This document shows, one piece after another, positions 26,489 through 39,577 of a stretch of 51,990 bases of DNA. Origin of the DNA: Octopus sinensis (Eukaryota); NCBI RefSeq assembly GCF_006345805.1, contig NW_021834339.1, forward strand, positions 1-51,990, written 5' to 3'. The notes beneath the pieces are model-generated. The model had not been told where the DNA came from, did not search any database, and saw only the letters and a program-made list of their open reading frames with translations. Each line of letters opens with the position of its first letter. The stretch's first letter is position 1. Position numbers and translations under genes: made by a program.

Positions 26489-28163
26489 ACACACACACAC
26501 ACACACATTATTATTATTATTAATGAAAGGCTCCGATTTCCAGGACTCGGAGTTGTTCGTTTTCTATCATCAGCTGGGAAACCGATCCTGATTTTTTGGG
26601 GGGATATCGACCAAAGTTTGAAGATAACGCTTATCCTTATATTCTTCCATTAATAAACCTTTGTGAACGACACGTGCAATATACAGAGTCATTGTGTGTA
26701 ACCCTTGGTAGTTCTCTGATAGTATTTTCCTAATATTATTTTTCCTACTGTTATACTCATTTCTACCATTATCATTACCATCAACATTATTACTATTATC
26801 ATCTTTACTGTTTCCAGTGCTATTAATATTATTACTACAAATTATTATTACTTCTGCTATTATCCCTATTACTGTTATTAAATGGGTTGGCTAAATTTAT
26901 TTGACCATTAACTTCCTTATATTACGTGCTGCTGTAATTTCGGCTTAGTGTTTCGTAGTTGAATTGGTAAATTTAACCGTATGTCTGTTAAATAACATAC
27001 CATATTTACTTAGTGGTGGGAAATGCTTGTCCAGAGTCGCGAAAACATTCCTGGTATATTAGTGGCTATTTGTGCTCCTTAAGTGGCATTATACCCTGTA
27101 ATCTATCTCCAGCAGGCCCCCCGTTTTCTAGGATTATTATAGTTACTATTTCTTAACATATTCCCATTAATATAGTTATTAGTAAATATGCTAGGGGAAC
27201 CATATTTGCACTCTTAATTCGAGTTATATTATTTTTATTTTCATTACAATATTTAAAATCCTTTTATAAGAACCACCATTATCATCTCTATTACTATCCA
27301 CATCATTGCTACCATCGTTACTGTTACTATTATCAATAGTATTATTATTATTATATTATTATTATTATTATTATTATTATTATCCCTATTAAAATTCATA
27401 GGTTGCTTAGATATTCTAAAGGTTTTATTAACATTAATTCTACCCTCGGGGCTCAAACTGCTATTCCCGCTTTTCATATCCCTCCTTCCATTAATCATAG
27501 TTCGTTCCCACTTACACTTCTTCTTTCTTTCATCCTTTCTAATTTCAATAGGGCTCATCCTATTTCTCTCCTTGTTAAAGTTTACCTTAGTCTTTTATCG
27601 TCATTGTCATGGTGATCGCTATCGTTATTCATAATTCCGTTCCTTCTCTATATTCTTATGTGTGTCTTTAATCGCATCATTAGGAACACAAAGTTTTTTC
27701 CCCCTAACAACCAGCTTCAGCCAAGGCGAATTTATAGTATTTCTCGTTTTGTTTAGATATTTTTTCATTAGCAGATAGTTTAGAGATTTTAAGGGAGACA
27801 CTCCTAATATATAGACAGACAGACAGATAGATAGATAATATATACATACATATAATCAAGTATATACACACAAACACATACATGCACACACACGCACATA
27901 TGTTACTACCAATGCAATCTTATACACACATTAGTGCAGTATTACACATCACTACAATGTTATATACACACCAGTGCAATGTTAGACAAATCCGCGACGT
28001 CCAGAGAATTAATCCTGTCTAAGCTTCTTAACAACAAGTTGTCGGTGGTTTAGGTTTAGAAAGAAAGATTACACTGACAGCTTTTTGTTGTTTTAATTCT
28101 CTTCCGAAGAGAGTTTCGTAAAGAAAGTAGAAAGAACATTAACAGCCTCTCCACACACACACA

Positions 28164-28218
<55 letters not shown>

Positions 28219-28589
28219 CACTCCCTCACCCAAGCACCCTCCCATCCAAAACCCCAACCCACACACGCACGCACACACACACACACTCACCCCACCCGCC
28301 CACCCCACACACATTAATCTGAAACCCTTCATGCGATATACAATCGCCGAATCTATCCAAACGTGAACCAGTCTGATGTTGATGGTATCCATATTGCAAT
28401 AATATGGAGAACAAAAGAGAAGCTAAAATTTCCTTCTTTCTTCTTTCTCTGGATCGGATTGGGATTTTGTCGGCATTTCTGGCAGCAGAACCAACCACTG
28501 GAATTAAGACTGTGCCATTGTGCCACCCAGCTTACTCTACCCCGTGTACTTTTTCAATGAGGCTAATTTGTTGCTGCGTCAGATGAAAT

Positions 28590-28790
28590 ACTTTGTTAGC
28601 CTCGCTTGGTTTTTGTTCGGGTTCCGCGTTCAAATCCTGTCAAGTTCAATTTTGCCTTTCAGCCTTCTGGGACCGGGTCGATAAATGAAATACAGGGGGT
28701 GGCCAGGCAGAATTGCTAGAGCTCTGTTTGTCTCGGTTCGTGGAGTTCTGAGTTCAAATCCCGCCATAGTTTACTTGGGAGACAGACTTA
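28590..28790 (+). mobile_element. Two degenerate SINE family A heads
   Basis: gcgttcaaatcctg and gagttcaaatcccgcc B-box-like motifs. Confidence 0.5.
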
Positions 28791-28917
28791 GTCAGTCGCC
28801 TGGTTTAAAACCAGCACTTGGTACCTCGAATACCTTGTGTACCTGGGTATCTCGGGTATTTTTAACTGTGCTCACTCTGTTGCAAGCATTCAGACTAAGT
28901 CTTCAGTTTTACGGGAC

Positions 28918-28955
<38 letters not shown>

Positions 28956-30184
28956 TCCACCATTTTTTGCAAGCCCTGACCAAGCAATAAAAATGTCAAA
29001 AGATGAAGTGCAGTGACAGCAGCCATTTTCAAAGCGGACTCCAAGACAGGGGGGGGATTTAGTTAACCTCAAACCAGAGAGTTGGCGCCAATGCTTACCT
29101 CAGAATGAATTTTGCCAAAATACGTAAATACCAGGTGGTGAATGTTAAACAATGTGATGCATTAAGTCTACCATACAACAACAGTAAAATTCATCCCTAT
29201 GGGCTTTCGTAGTTTCCATTTGCCAAATTTCCTGGACAATGGCGATAATATATTCATGTATAGCGTTAAAGAGACTGGATGGTCACGGTCTGGAAAGCTC
29301 TGGTCATAGGTCTGTTCGGTCAGATTTGACCTTGGGCTAAACAGCTGCAGCAGCAACAGCAACAACAACAAGAAGATGGAGGGGATAAAATATTTGGGAA
29401 AGGAGTGTGGGTAGGGGTTGCGTGGGGGTGGGGTGGGGCGAAGGGAATCAGCAATTTATAGGATTACGCAACGCTAATGATGATGATAATGATGATGATG
29501 ATGGTAGTGTTGGTGGTGGTGCTACCCCTAATGAAGATGGCGGTGGTGGTGGCGGCGGTGGTGGTGGGTGTCGGAACCTTTCACTGGGAATCGATATCTG
29601 ATAAACAGAATTCCTTTCAAAAGAGCAACAGGAAAAAACTGTATTTCTTTTTCATCCAATTGTGGAGGACGAAAAGCAAACAAGACAAAGCAAAAAATAT
29701 GAATGAAATATAAATAAAAATAGAAGAAGAAAAGAGAAAAGAGAAAAGCAAGAATAAAAGAAGCGGGACTTTGTTGAATGTTGGTTAATGTGGACAAATG
29801 GCGACATTAACGAGAACCACTTAGTCACATGACCAGCAGAGATCGATATATTTACCACTTCGATATACAACGCTCCCATTCTCCCATCCTCCCGGCTTGA
29901 TCAGAACTCAGACAGGAAAGAATCGCTGAAGGTTTTTATGTAAGGCAGGGGTTTATATATATATGAAGATAGCAACAACAACAACAACAACAGCAGCAGG
30001 AGCAACCATGTTATCAACAACAACAACAGCAACAACATAAAAAATTGCATAAAAATAGCAACGAGAACAGCAACAACAATAACAACAATGCCAAACACGA
30101 CAACTACAACAATTACAATATCAACCACCTCCATCACCACCACCACCACCACCACCACATCCACCACCGCTACTACTACTACTA

Positions 30185-30224
<40 letters not shown>

Positions 30225-30256
30225 CACTACTACTGCTGCTACTGCTGCTGCTGTTG

Positions 30257-30293
<37 letters not shown>

Positions 30294-30479
30294 AACGAGC
30301 AAAAAAAAACAGTTGTAGCGTGGTCAATAGCCATACTGGAAATAAGAGCAAAATATCTTCCAAATCATATCCTAACGTCTCAAAAGTGGAAGGACACTAA
30401 AGATGGAGGTTCGATGGGATGGTCGTGACAAGAACGTCTCTATTCTACACATGCTTATACACCGACTTAAAATCACCAA

Positions 30480-30736
30480 TGCTTAAGACACATCGAGCCA
30501 AGTAAAATCGTGGCCATCCTCACAAACAGGCGTCACTTTTAGATGTGCCGGTGCCACGTAAAACACGCCCGTGCCAGTGGCACGTGAAAGGCACCCAGCA
30601 CGCTCTGTAAAGTGGTTGGCGTTAGGAAGGGCGTCCAGCCATAGGATACGATACATTGAGCCTGGGCAGCTCCTGTCAAACAGCTCAACCCATGCCAACA
30701 TGGAAAACGGACGTTAAATGATGGTGATGATGATGA
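30480..30736 (+). mobile_element. RTE-tailed SINE/LINE 3' fragment
   Basis: gttggcgttaggaagggc..cagcc...catggaaaacggacgttaaa followed by a (TGA)n tail. Confidence 0.6.
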
Positions 30737-31019
30737 TGAGGAGGAGGAGGAGGAAGATATTCACATACAACTGCTCATACCAGAGAAACTGATTGTAACT
30801 GGAAGTGCCATCAGAAACCGGAAGGTCCTTCCACATAATACACCAACGAATACATTCAGCGATCGCCCACGAACTAAGATACTTCCCTCCCAAACACACC
30901 CCGTATCTACACACACACACACATACACACATACAAATACACATACACATACACACACACACATCAGCACTCACCCATAAAATTGACCTTAAACCGGAAG
31001 TACCGCCAATTCAACTTAC

Positions 31020-31182
31020 CTTCCGAAAGAGGAGTCGATCTCTTTTCCTCCGGGAGTAATCCAAACAAGTTTCGGTCGGTTTCCGTGTGGTCCTGGGCCC
31101 AGGGCCATACAGTTCAGCACCAGATTTGAACCCAGAGGTACAAGCCTTGTTCTGTTGGGGAATACAACCAACTCCAGAGATT
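31020..31182 (-). CDS. Coding exon 2: first half of Ig1
   Basis: Acceptor tttctctcaacag|AA and donor GAAG|GTAAGT; 163 nt, phase 1 to 2. (E)SLELVVFPNRTRLVPLGSNLVLNCMALGPGPHGNRPKLVWITPGGKEIDSSFG(R) has the Ig B-strand Cys and C-strand Trp, and resembles NCAM Ig1 (recalled, not aligned). Confidence 0.93.
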
Positions 31183-31404
31183 CTGTTGAGAGAAACAATA
31201 ACAATTTAAGTTCAAACTGAAATTCGAACCAGAAACAATTGTAAGTATTTATTAAGAGAAACACTAAAACTACAAAACCGCTGGAAATGGGGGCGGTGGG
31301 CCTCATACATTAGTCATTTGGCGTATTTCATTTGATTCCCCAGTTAAGAAATTCCTAACATCACAATCTCTCCCAACATATTGGCTTCTATCTTCTTTGC
31401 TATA

Positions 31405-31759
31405 AGTTTAGTGAGTAGAATCGTTAGCGAGTCGGACAAAAAAAAACTTAGTGGCATTTCGTCCGACAGTTTACGTTCTGAGTTCAAATCTCGTCGAAGC
31501 TGGTTTTTACCTTTCATCTTCTCAGGGTCTTTTTTTCCTTTAGGTATAATTAGTTTGAATTTATATTTGGTTATTATTGTGGTTGTTTTTGGAGTTTCTG
31601 AGGTCACTTTGGGGTTATCATTACTTGTAAGATTTATTCGGTTGCATGGTAATGAGATTAAGGTTTTATAAATTATAAGAATATTAATAGGGGTAACTGG
31701 GTACTGGAGTTGATGTAATCGGTTTCACCCCCGCTCAAAATTGCTGGTTTTATGCTAAG

Positions 31760-31760
<1 letters not shown>
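31405..31760 (+). mobile_element. Degenerate, interrupted SINE family A
   Basis: ttacgttctgagttcaaatctcgtcg head part and ggagttgatgtaatcg...aaaattgctgg tail part. Confidence 0.55.
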
Positions 31761-31819
<59 letters not shown>

Positions 31820-32157
31820 GAGTGAGAGAGCTGTGCATGCCATCAAAGTGACACTGGGGTAAAATATACGAAGCCCAGTATACCTATCATGATTACCCCT
31901 CTGATAAAGGTACACTAGGCACATGCATCACAACCATATGTGCGCGACATGGTGATCTCATATCAAGATAAACAGCACATGACCTTGTAGATGGGGCCCA
32001 GTTAGAATTTTCTTCTGGTTGAGTAGCCCATCCCGCTCAAAAGGTCCCTGAATAAGGATTGTTTAAGGATGTTGAACGAACCACCCATGTTTCCAAAGGT
32101 GAATTATCCAGACCTCTAAGAATTCCTTTCAACACAGGGCTATAATGCTCCCCCACT
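31820..32157 (-). mobile_element. (TAA)n-embedded element, copy F, 5'-truncated
   Basis: Keeps the ctctctcactc(AAT)n end and lacks about 215 nt at the other end; (TTA)n on both sides. Confidence 0.8.
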
Positions 32158-32170
32158 TATTATTATTATT

Positions 32171-32381
32171 CGGTAGTTTTATTTTTATAGCGTGCTTTCA
32201 CTTCACTACCGAGCGCAGCTCTGTGTGCCTTGGGTATGTGCTGTGATTTGTTGTGATGCTCTGATGGTTATTGTATGGAAAGTGTTCTGAGTAGGATGTG
32301 TGCAGTGCCTAGTAGTGCAATTTTCTGTATGTTATATGTGTTTGTAAGTCCTGGTGTTTTTGTTATGTATTTGTCTGAATA

Positions 32382-32383
<2 letters not shown>
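32171..32383 (-). mobile_element. 3' end of R4/Dong-like RLE non-LTR retrotransposon
   Basis: Encodes SDKYITKTPGLTNTYNIQKIALLGTAHILLRTLSIQ*, then a short 3'UTR and (AAT)n; embedded in (TTA)n. Confidence 0.8.
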
Positions 32384-32453
<70 letters not shown>

Positions 32454-32455
32454 TG

Positions 32456-32650
32456 AAGGCGGCGATCTAGCAGAATGCTTAGCACGCCAGGCAAAATGCT
32501 TTACGTTCTGAGTTCAAATCCCGCCGAGGTGGACTTTGCTTTTCATCCATTTCGGAGTCGATAAATTAAGTACCAGTTAAGGACTGGGGTCGATGTAACC
32601 AACTTAACACCTTTCTCGAAACTGCTGGCCTTGTGCCAAAATTTGAAACC
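32456..32650 (+). mobile_element. SINE family A
   Basis: Head, B-box gagttcaaatccc, tail ggccttgtgccaaaatttgaaacc. Confidence 0.85.
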
Positions 32651-33547
32651 ATTATTATTAAATTGCATAAATAAATAATAACTATTATTAGCAGCAGTCG
32701 TTGTATTTGTTGTTGTTATTGTTGATGTTATGATTGTTGTTGTAATAATTTTATGAATGATTTCTTAATTAGTAAAGAAGCCTTGGGCTTGAAGTAGTTG
32801 GTGTTCTTGATTGATACGTAAAAATAGAATGGCTGAAAAACACAGAAACAGATCTTTCGCTCCCACCACCACCCCACTCTCTCCCTCTCTCCCGCCAAAA
32901 TATCCCCAACTCCACACCTGATACAATAACCGTAATTATGAGTGTTGATGAAATTAATTAAGTCATTAATGATTTAATCAAAAGACAAACAAGAAAGCGA
33001 GAAGAGACAAAGATGCAACAACGAAGAAGATGATTTGAGAAAGATGGGAAAACAGACGTAAAACGATGTCGAAAGAATTCCCTGGAGTCAAAGATTGTCT
33101 GAAATAGACGTGAAGAATTAAAATATTCTGTTTTGGTAAACAGCTGTGATCTTCGACAGAAAAATAAAACCATTTAAGTTTAGTTATCAACAAGTTTTCG
33201 AGGAAACGTGTGAAAAAAATATACCGCTTACGTTAACAAAAACGTATAAATAAATATGGAGGATTTGAAGCAAATATCAGGAAAAAAAACGTTATTTGTT
33301 TATAGTGTTTATCATCTTAAGTAAAGTTTGTTGTTATAACTTAACGGTTTTTAGTGTAGATATGACTGCGTGGTTAGAGAGATCGCTTCGCAACCACATA
33401 CTCATGAGTTCGCCACAGAATTCGAGAAACCAGCTTTATGAGAATTTATCTTGAAACTAAACTTTTAATTTCAATATAAATCCATGTCCTCTACATGTAT
33501 TGAGCACTCCTTTCTCCCCCATTCGACACAGTGCAACACACTCACAC

Positions 33548-34296
33548 GCTATGGATGAGAAGGAATGACCTGAAAATAGAGACAGAAGCAGTTATATGCG
33601 CAGCTCAAGAACAAGCGTTAAGGACTAACTATGTGAAGTGCAGAATTGACAGCACTACCGACAGCGACAAATGCAGAATATGCAGTGAGAGGGGTGAAAT
33701 GGTATGGCACATCGTTAGACAATGTGGCAAGAATGTTCCATTGGGAGCTCTGTGGAAATCACGGCCTACAAAGAGCAAAGATGTGGTATGAGCAAGCCCC
33801 AGGAGGAGTCACTGAGAATGAAGATTGCAAAATCCTGTGGGATGTAATGATCCAGTGCGATCACCTGACCAGACATTAGAAACTGGACAATGTTGTGGTG
33901 AATAAAAAAGAAAGAATGTGTATGATAATCAACATAGCATGCCCTGGTGACAACGGGATCGATGTGAAAGAAGAAGAAAAAATAAACAACTCTGACGATT
34001 TAAAGTGGGAAGTACGAAGGTTGTGGCCAATGAAGAGAGTAGACGTGATACCAATAGTAACTGGTGCACTTGGCTACCAACATGGGACTGAAAAAGATTG
34101 GTGTTGCAAGTGTGAATGTAGAACACCTACAAAAATCAGTATTGCTTGGAACTGCAAGAATTCTTCGCAGGGTTCTTGAAGCATGACCAGTAAACAAGTG
34201 TCACCTTAGTCTGCTGGCTGTGGACAGCTGACACTTTCCATCATACCCGGCAAAATAAGCTATGAGTTTTCATCAAACAACAACAACAACAACAAC
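33548..34296 (+). mobile_element. Decayed R4/Dong-like RLE retrotransposon C-terminus
   Basis: WMRRNDLKIETEAVICAAQEQALRT, a CRIC...HIV..C zinc knuckle, KILWD, IACP..KEEEKI, IPIVTGALG and LLGTARILRRVLE, with stops and frameshifts; (AAC)n tail. Confidence 0.9.
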
Positions 34297-34548
34297 GTGA
34301 TGAAAATTAATCAATATTCATTATCACCATGTAAATATCAAATAAGTAATTAACTTTCTAATTAACTAATTACAGAATGTTTATAAAACTTCCTGTTAAT
34401 TTGCGAATATTTTTAACTGGTTTTGTTTTTATTGGTTGGAATCACAGACTTAAGAATGGGAAATTGTTAAAATGGTAAATATAGGAACTTGTTTCTGTTC
34501 TTGACATTTTCTAATGTAGGAAGGTGTTTGCAAATGTTTACTGGCTGG

Positions 34549-35072
34549 GAGACATGTAGTAATAAATGCAGAGGTACATTAATTAATGAAGGGTTATATT
34601 AATACTGAGACATGTAGCAGAAAATAGAAAATGTTAAGACGTGTAGCAGTTAGTACAAGAAAATTTTAACCCATGTAGCAGTATATAAAGGGTCGTGGGG
34701 ATTTTAAGACATGGTGATCCATGTAGCAGTATATGCAAGGAAATGTTAATGCTAAAACATGTAGCAAATAGGAAGTATTCATGTTAAGACATGTAGCAGT
34801 AAATACGGAAGAGTGTTAATTCTAAGACATTTAGCGGTTAATATAAGAAGGTACTAATGTTGAGACATGTAGCACTAAGTAAAAGGACGCATTAATTTTT
34901 GAACATGTAGCACTAAATATGTGAAAGCATTAAGTCATGTTGCAGTAAACAGAAGCAAGTATTAATGGTGTGACATAGCATAAAATGCAGAGGAGCATTA
35001 ACTTTAAGACATGTAGCAGTAAATATGAGAATGCGTTAATGTCGAAACATGTAGCAGATGGGTGACATTAAC
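34549..35072. repeat. Degenerate ~38-bp minisatellite, ~14 units, conserved core ACATGTAGCA
   Basis: Recurrent (a/g)agacatgtagcag with related but diverged linkers. Confidence 0.85.
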
Positions 35073-36029
35073 TTGCTGCTCTTCCACGGTGTGGTTTCAT
35101 GTAGTCAATACTTAGAACAGTAACTGCAGTGATATCAAAGTTGTGTCGAAGCAAACCATTTAATACATTCATAATTAAACTCGTAGTTGAAGGAGAATAA
35201 ATGTCAGGAAGGAAATAAGAGAATTTGATATTGGCGACTTTACAATAATAACTCATTTATGATCGATCATAGCGGAGGGGGTGGTGGTGGGCTAGATTGG
35301 ATGGAACTCTGTCATTAACTATAAGAATAATGGACTTAGTAGCAGAAACGTTTTCAGAATTCCAACTCATTAGTGATCATTAATAAATTGGTAAAAAAAA
35401 ACTGAAGGGAGTGTGGGAAGTAGACTCGGACAATTATCTGTTTGTTTTAATGCCATCGGTACTGGATTACCAAATTATATAACGAAAAGGAAGCCAGCAG
35501 ACGGAGAGATTAAAATAAGATAAGAAAATGTGTTTCCTTCTAAGACGAAAAAAAGTCAAAACGAAAAAGAAAAACAAAAACCAAATCGAAACTGAAGAAT
35601 AATCAATAAAAAATAGCAGAGTGGAAGCTGGAGTGGAATGGACTGGTGGAAAAATAAAATAAATAATAGATGGGATATTAGCAAAAAGAGAAATTAAGAA
35701 GCAAACTCGAAAATGCCATGTTAATAAACTGTCAATCGAGATGTGAATTATAAAGTAAAAGAGTGGTTCGGGCAATTATTGTCATATTTACGTCGCCAGG
35801 GGAGAAATTATAAAAAATGTCTTCAGATTCGTTTTTGTAATTTAAATTGAGAGCATTTGAACTTGGCTACACAGGAAGCAATGAAACCGACACAGACCGA
35901 GTTAGCAATGGTGTCTGTACGGGTGTTGCTATATGATGCTAAAAATAAGAGCTGAGTCGTGCAAAAGTTACATTATATGGTGTTGTAAGAGGAAGGATAG
36001 GTTGGATAACGTGTTGTTGGATGCACACT

Positions 36030-36293
36030 GCTTGTGTCATCTCTTGTGAAAGGTAGGAGAGTCCAGTTTGCTGGACATTGTTGTAGAGCTGAAAAAGAAG
36101 TAATTTCTACTCTTCTCCTCTGGAAGCCATCTACTCGCAATAGCAGAGGGCGCACACTCTCCTACCCTGATGTAATCTCCAGGGATACAGGCATCCAGCA
36201 ACAGGACCTCCGTAATGCTATGATGGACCGTGAAGTCTGGCGTAGCATGGTAAATTCCATTGTCTCGACCACGGTCGAACAATGATGATGATT
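36030..36293 (+). mobile_element. RTE-clade LINE 3' fragment
   Basis: SSLVKGRRVQFAGHCCRAEKEVISTLLLWKPS...RGRTLSYPDVISRDTG...AMMDREVWR, ending in a (TGA)n tail. Confidence 0.85.
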
Positions 36294-36969
36294 GAATAAA
36301 AGACGAGTTGATCACGGTTAGAACGGCTTTGATCAAAGGTTTAACCGCAGGACAGTCTCGTGGGACAGGACTATTCTGGTTAAACTACCACAAAAAGGAA
36401 GGACATATTGGATAATGTAGTCTAAGGTACATCGTGGCAGAATAAAAGATAGAATGGTCACAGCTGGGACATCTTTGTTCACATATCCACTGGTTCAAGA
36501 GTGAGCTGGGTCAAAACAACAACAACATCCTGAAGAATATTATCTCTGTGGCAAACGCGAGGAGAGAATTGATGACGTGATGCAAAACAGTAACCGACGT
36601 TAGATTGGTTGATCCAAAGATAAACAGATTCAGCCTTTCTATACAGTTAGCTGCCTGCCTCCCTGTGTGTATGTGTGTGTGACTGCGGGTATGTGTGTAT
36701 GGGAGAGAAAGATAGAGATAGACGGTGTGTGTGTGCGTGTATGGATGTTTTTATGTATGTGTCTATGTGTGATTGTACTACAGTTTTAAAGTTATGGACA
36801 GGCGCTGTGATAAGGACGTTTATCAGCTGCCCACGTTTCCAAATAAGGGTAGTATAAGGGTAGTAATGTATGCGGGTATGTATGTAAGTAGGCATCTGTG
36901 AATTTCTGTACGTATGTATGTTTGCACGTATGTGTGTATGTGTGTATGTATGTATGTGTATTTTTTGAA

Positions 36970-37017
<48 letters not shown>

Positions 37018-37026
37018 TTTATGATG

Positions 37027-37081
<55 letters not shown>

Positions 37082-38543
37082 ACTTATTACATAATGTCTA
37101 CACATACATACATATATATTTATCTAGAAATATATACATACAGACATTCATACATACATACATACATACATATGTGTGTGTGTATATGTGTGTATGTGTG
37201 TGTATTTGTATATGTATGTGTCTATGTATGTTCTTTTAAGTATAATTTGTGTATAAAAGCATGAGTATAGCACAATGGCCGCAATGTTTTCAAGTTGTCG
37301 CCTTCTCTTATATTCGTTACTCAAGGAAATCTTATGAGCATATCCTACCCTGTACACACACACACACAACACACACACACACACACACACACGCCTACGC
37401 AATGACACGTAGACGAGCAGACGCTTGGCATGGCCTCTGGTCCCTCCTTGTCCTCTTCTGAATTTCTGTAAATACGCACACATACACGCAAGAACAACAA
37501 GATGAAGAAACACACACGCGCGCACACATCTTGCCATATTTCCGCTCATCGAGGAACTGGCAAATCTCTGCAAAGCACCAGTCAATGAGTAGCGGTGTCC
37601 AGTTAATGGCCCCTTCATAGAGGAATTATTTGAACTTATAACGTGTCACAGATAACTGAGAGTTAAGGGAGAGTTAACCCTTTCATTACCAACCCGGCCA
37701 AAACCGGATCTGGCTCTGTAGTATTAATGTCTAGTTTTCATAAGTTTTTCATTAAAATCTTCCACCAAACCTTAGTTGCAATTTATGTTCCTAACGCTAG
37801 CTTAATGATAAGTAAGTTATTTTACTGAATTCTTTATTATATTTAAAAGTAATTGAAAGAAACAGAGAGCATCTCAAAATAAGTACAGTAATGAAAGGGT
37901 TTATGTCTATAAGGCTCCCAACTCACGCCTATGAAGATATTTCAAAATTGTTTGCGGTCTGACCAAAGAAATATAGGAACAGGAACCAAGAATTAAGAAG
38001 GACTCTCACTAAGTCTTGCGGAATGGAGAAAAGCAGAATAATAATAGGAGAGAGAAAAAATTGGAGACTGATAGGGCTTCTTGCAACAATTTTCTTCGTA
38101 GAGTTCGCAGGCAGACGACACAAATTTCTCATTGGAACAAGGAGCAAACAAATGATTAACATCCTGCCTCATCTGCCCTATATTGCTATCAAAGTCAGGA
38201 TTGGTTAACGATATGAAGTTACAGGCGACGCAGACAAGTATTTTCAAGTGTCCGACTCGTAATCACGTCTGTCGTTTAAAGTCAGGTTTCAGAAAACACA
38301 TTAATTTATCGCATACAAATAGAGAAGAAGAAATGGTTAGGGTGAGGTCTGCAACGGAAGCTGCAGGTCAGAAACAGGAGGTTTTAAACCTCCTCAGAGG
38401 CCATGACAGCCAGATAAGACTTGTTTAAATGCAAAGGGATGAGAGGGTAAAGGGAGGTTTTATTCGGTTACGAAACGACAGCCGACACCTCTTTCTCTGT
38501 CTCTCTCTCTATCTCTCTCGTTATCTCTCTTTCTCCCTGTATT

Positions 38544-38601
<58 letters not shown>

Positions 38602-38656
38602 TTGTGTGTGTATGTGCACGCGCGTATATTTGAGCACACACATACACACACATATG

Positions 38657-39524
38657 TAGAAGGTCTGATCAATAAGTATCCGGACTGTTGCCATAATAAC
38701 AAAGCTAAAGCACGTAGAGTGAAGCCGCTAGGCAAATATTGTCTTTAAACTCTGCTGTGCATGCACACTAAGTTTCAACATTCTAGCTCACTTCCGCTGT
38801 TTACAGAAGTGCTTGGAAGGAAGGTATGTAGTGTGTGATCGTCGCATTGACCATGACAGAAAGTTGTCTTGGTAATATCTGCTCAGAGACCTACACCAAG
38901 TTGCAGGAAGTGTATGGAAAGGAATGTATGAGCCACACACAAGTGTACGAATGGTTTAGACGTTTCCAAGATGGCTGAAAAAATTTCAATATTGACGAAC
39001 GTTCTGGGAGACCCACAACCAGCAGAACTGAGAAAAACATCGCAGATGTGTGTGCAGCTGTGAGGGGAAATCGTCGAATCTCCATCCGTGAGTTATCAGA
39101 GGATGTGCAGATTAGTTACGGTTCAGTTCAGTCCATTATCACTGAAGATTGGGGTATGAGATATGTGTCTGCCAAGTTTGTGCCAAAAACTGCTTTCGGA
39201 TGACCAGAAAGACACTTGGGTTTCAGTTGCACAAGATTTTCTTGATTGTGTCGAGAACGAAGGAAACTTTTTGAAAACTTTGCGTAGGCCTCTGAGTAGG
39301 TATCGTCAAGCTTTTGGCAAAATTTGATGCAGATTCTCTGGTCAATTTTCTCTATCATGGTTAATGTGACGATCACACACTACACATCTTCCTTCCAAGC
39401 ACTGTTATAAACAGCGGAAGTGAGCTAGAACGTTAAAACTTAATGCGCATGCACGGCATAGTTTAAGATCAATCGGTGCCAAACGGTATACTTTAGCTTT
39501 GTTAATATGGCAACAGTCCGGATA
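38657..39524. mobile_element. Mariner relic with long inverted arms
   Basis: N-terminal transposase ETYTKLQEVYGKECMSHTQVYEWFRRF..DERSGRP...VSAKFVPK on +. 39283-39524 is an inverted copy of the left end including the first ~30 codons. Confidence 0.85.
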
Positions 39525-39545
39525 TATATATATATATATATAAAT

Positions 39546-39576
<31 letters not shown>

Positions 39577-39577
<1 letters not shown>

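Noticed and set aside
33531-34179. Active retrotransposon or host gene
   Set aside because: Only the C-terminus is present, with stops and frameshifts and no RT domain.
34549-35072. CRISPR array
   Set aside because: Repeats are degenerate, linkers are mutually similar, there are no cas genes, and the context is a eukaryotic intron.
37345-37618. Possible signal-peptide exon MARCVRACVFLHLVVLACMCAYLQ
   Set aside because: Partly GT-repeat derived with no convincing phase-1 donor; 51297-51372 fits much better.
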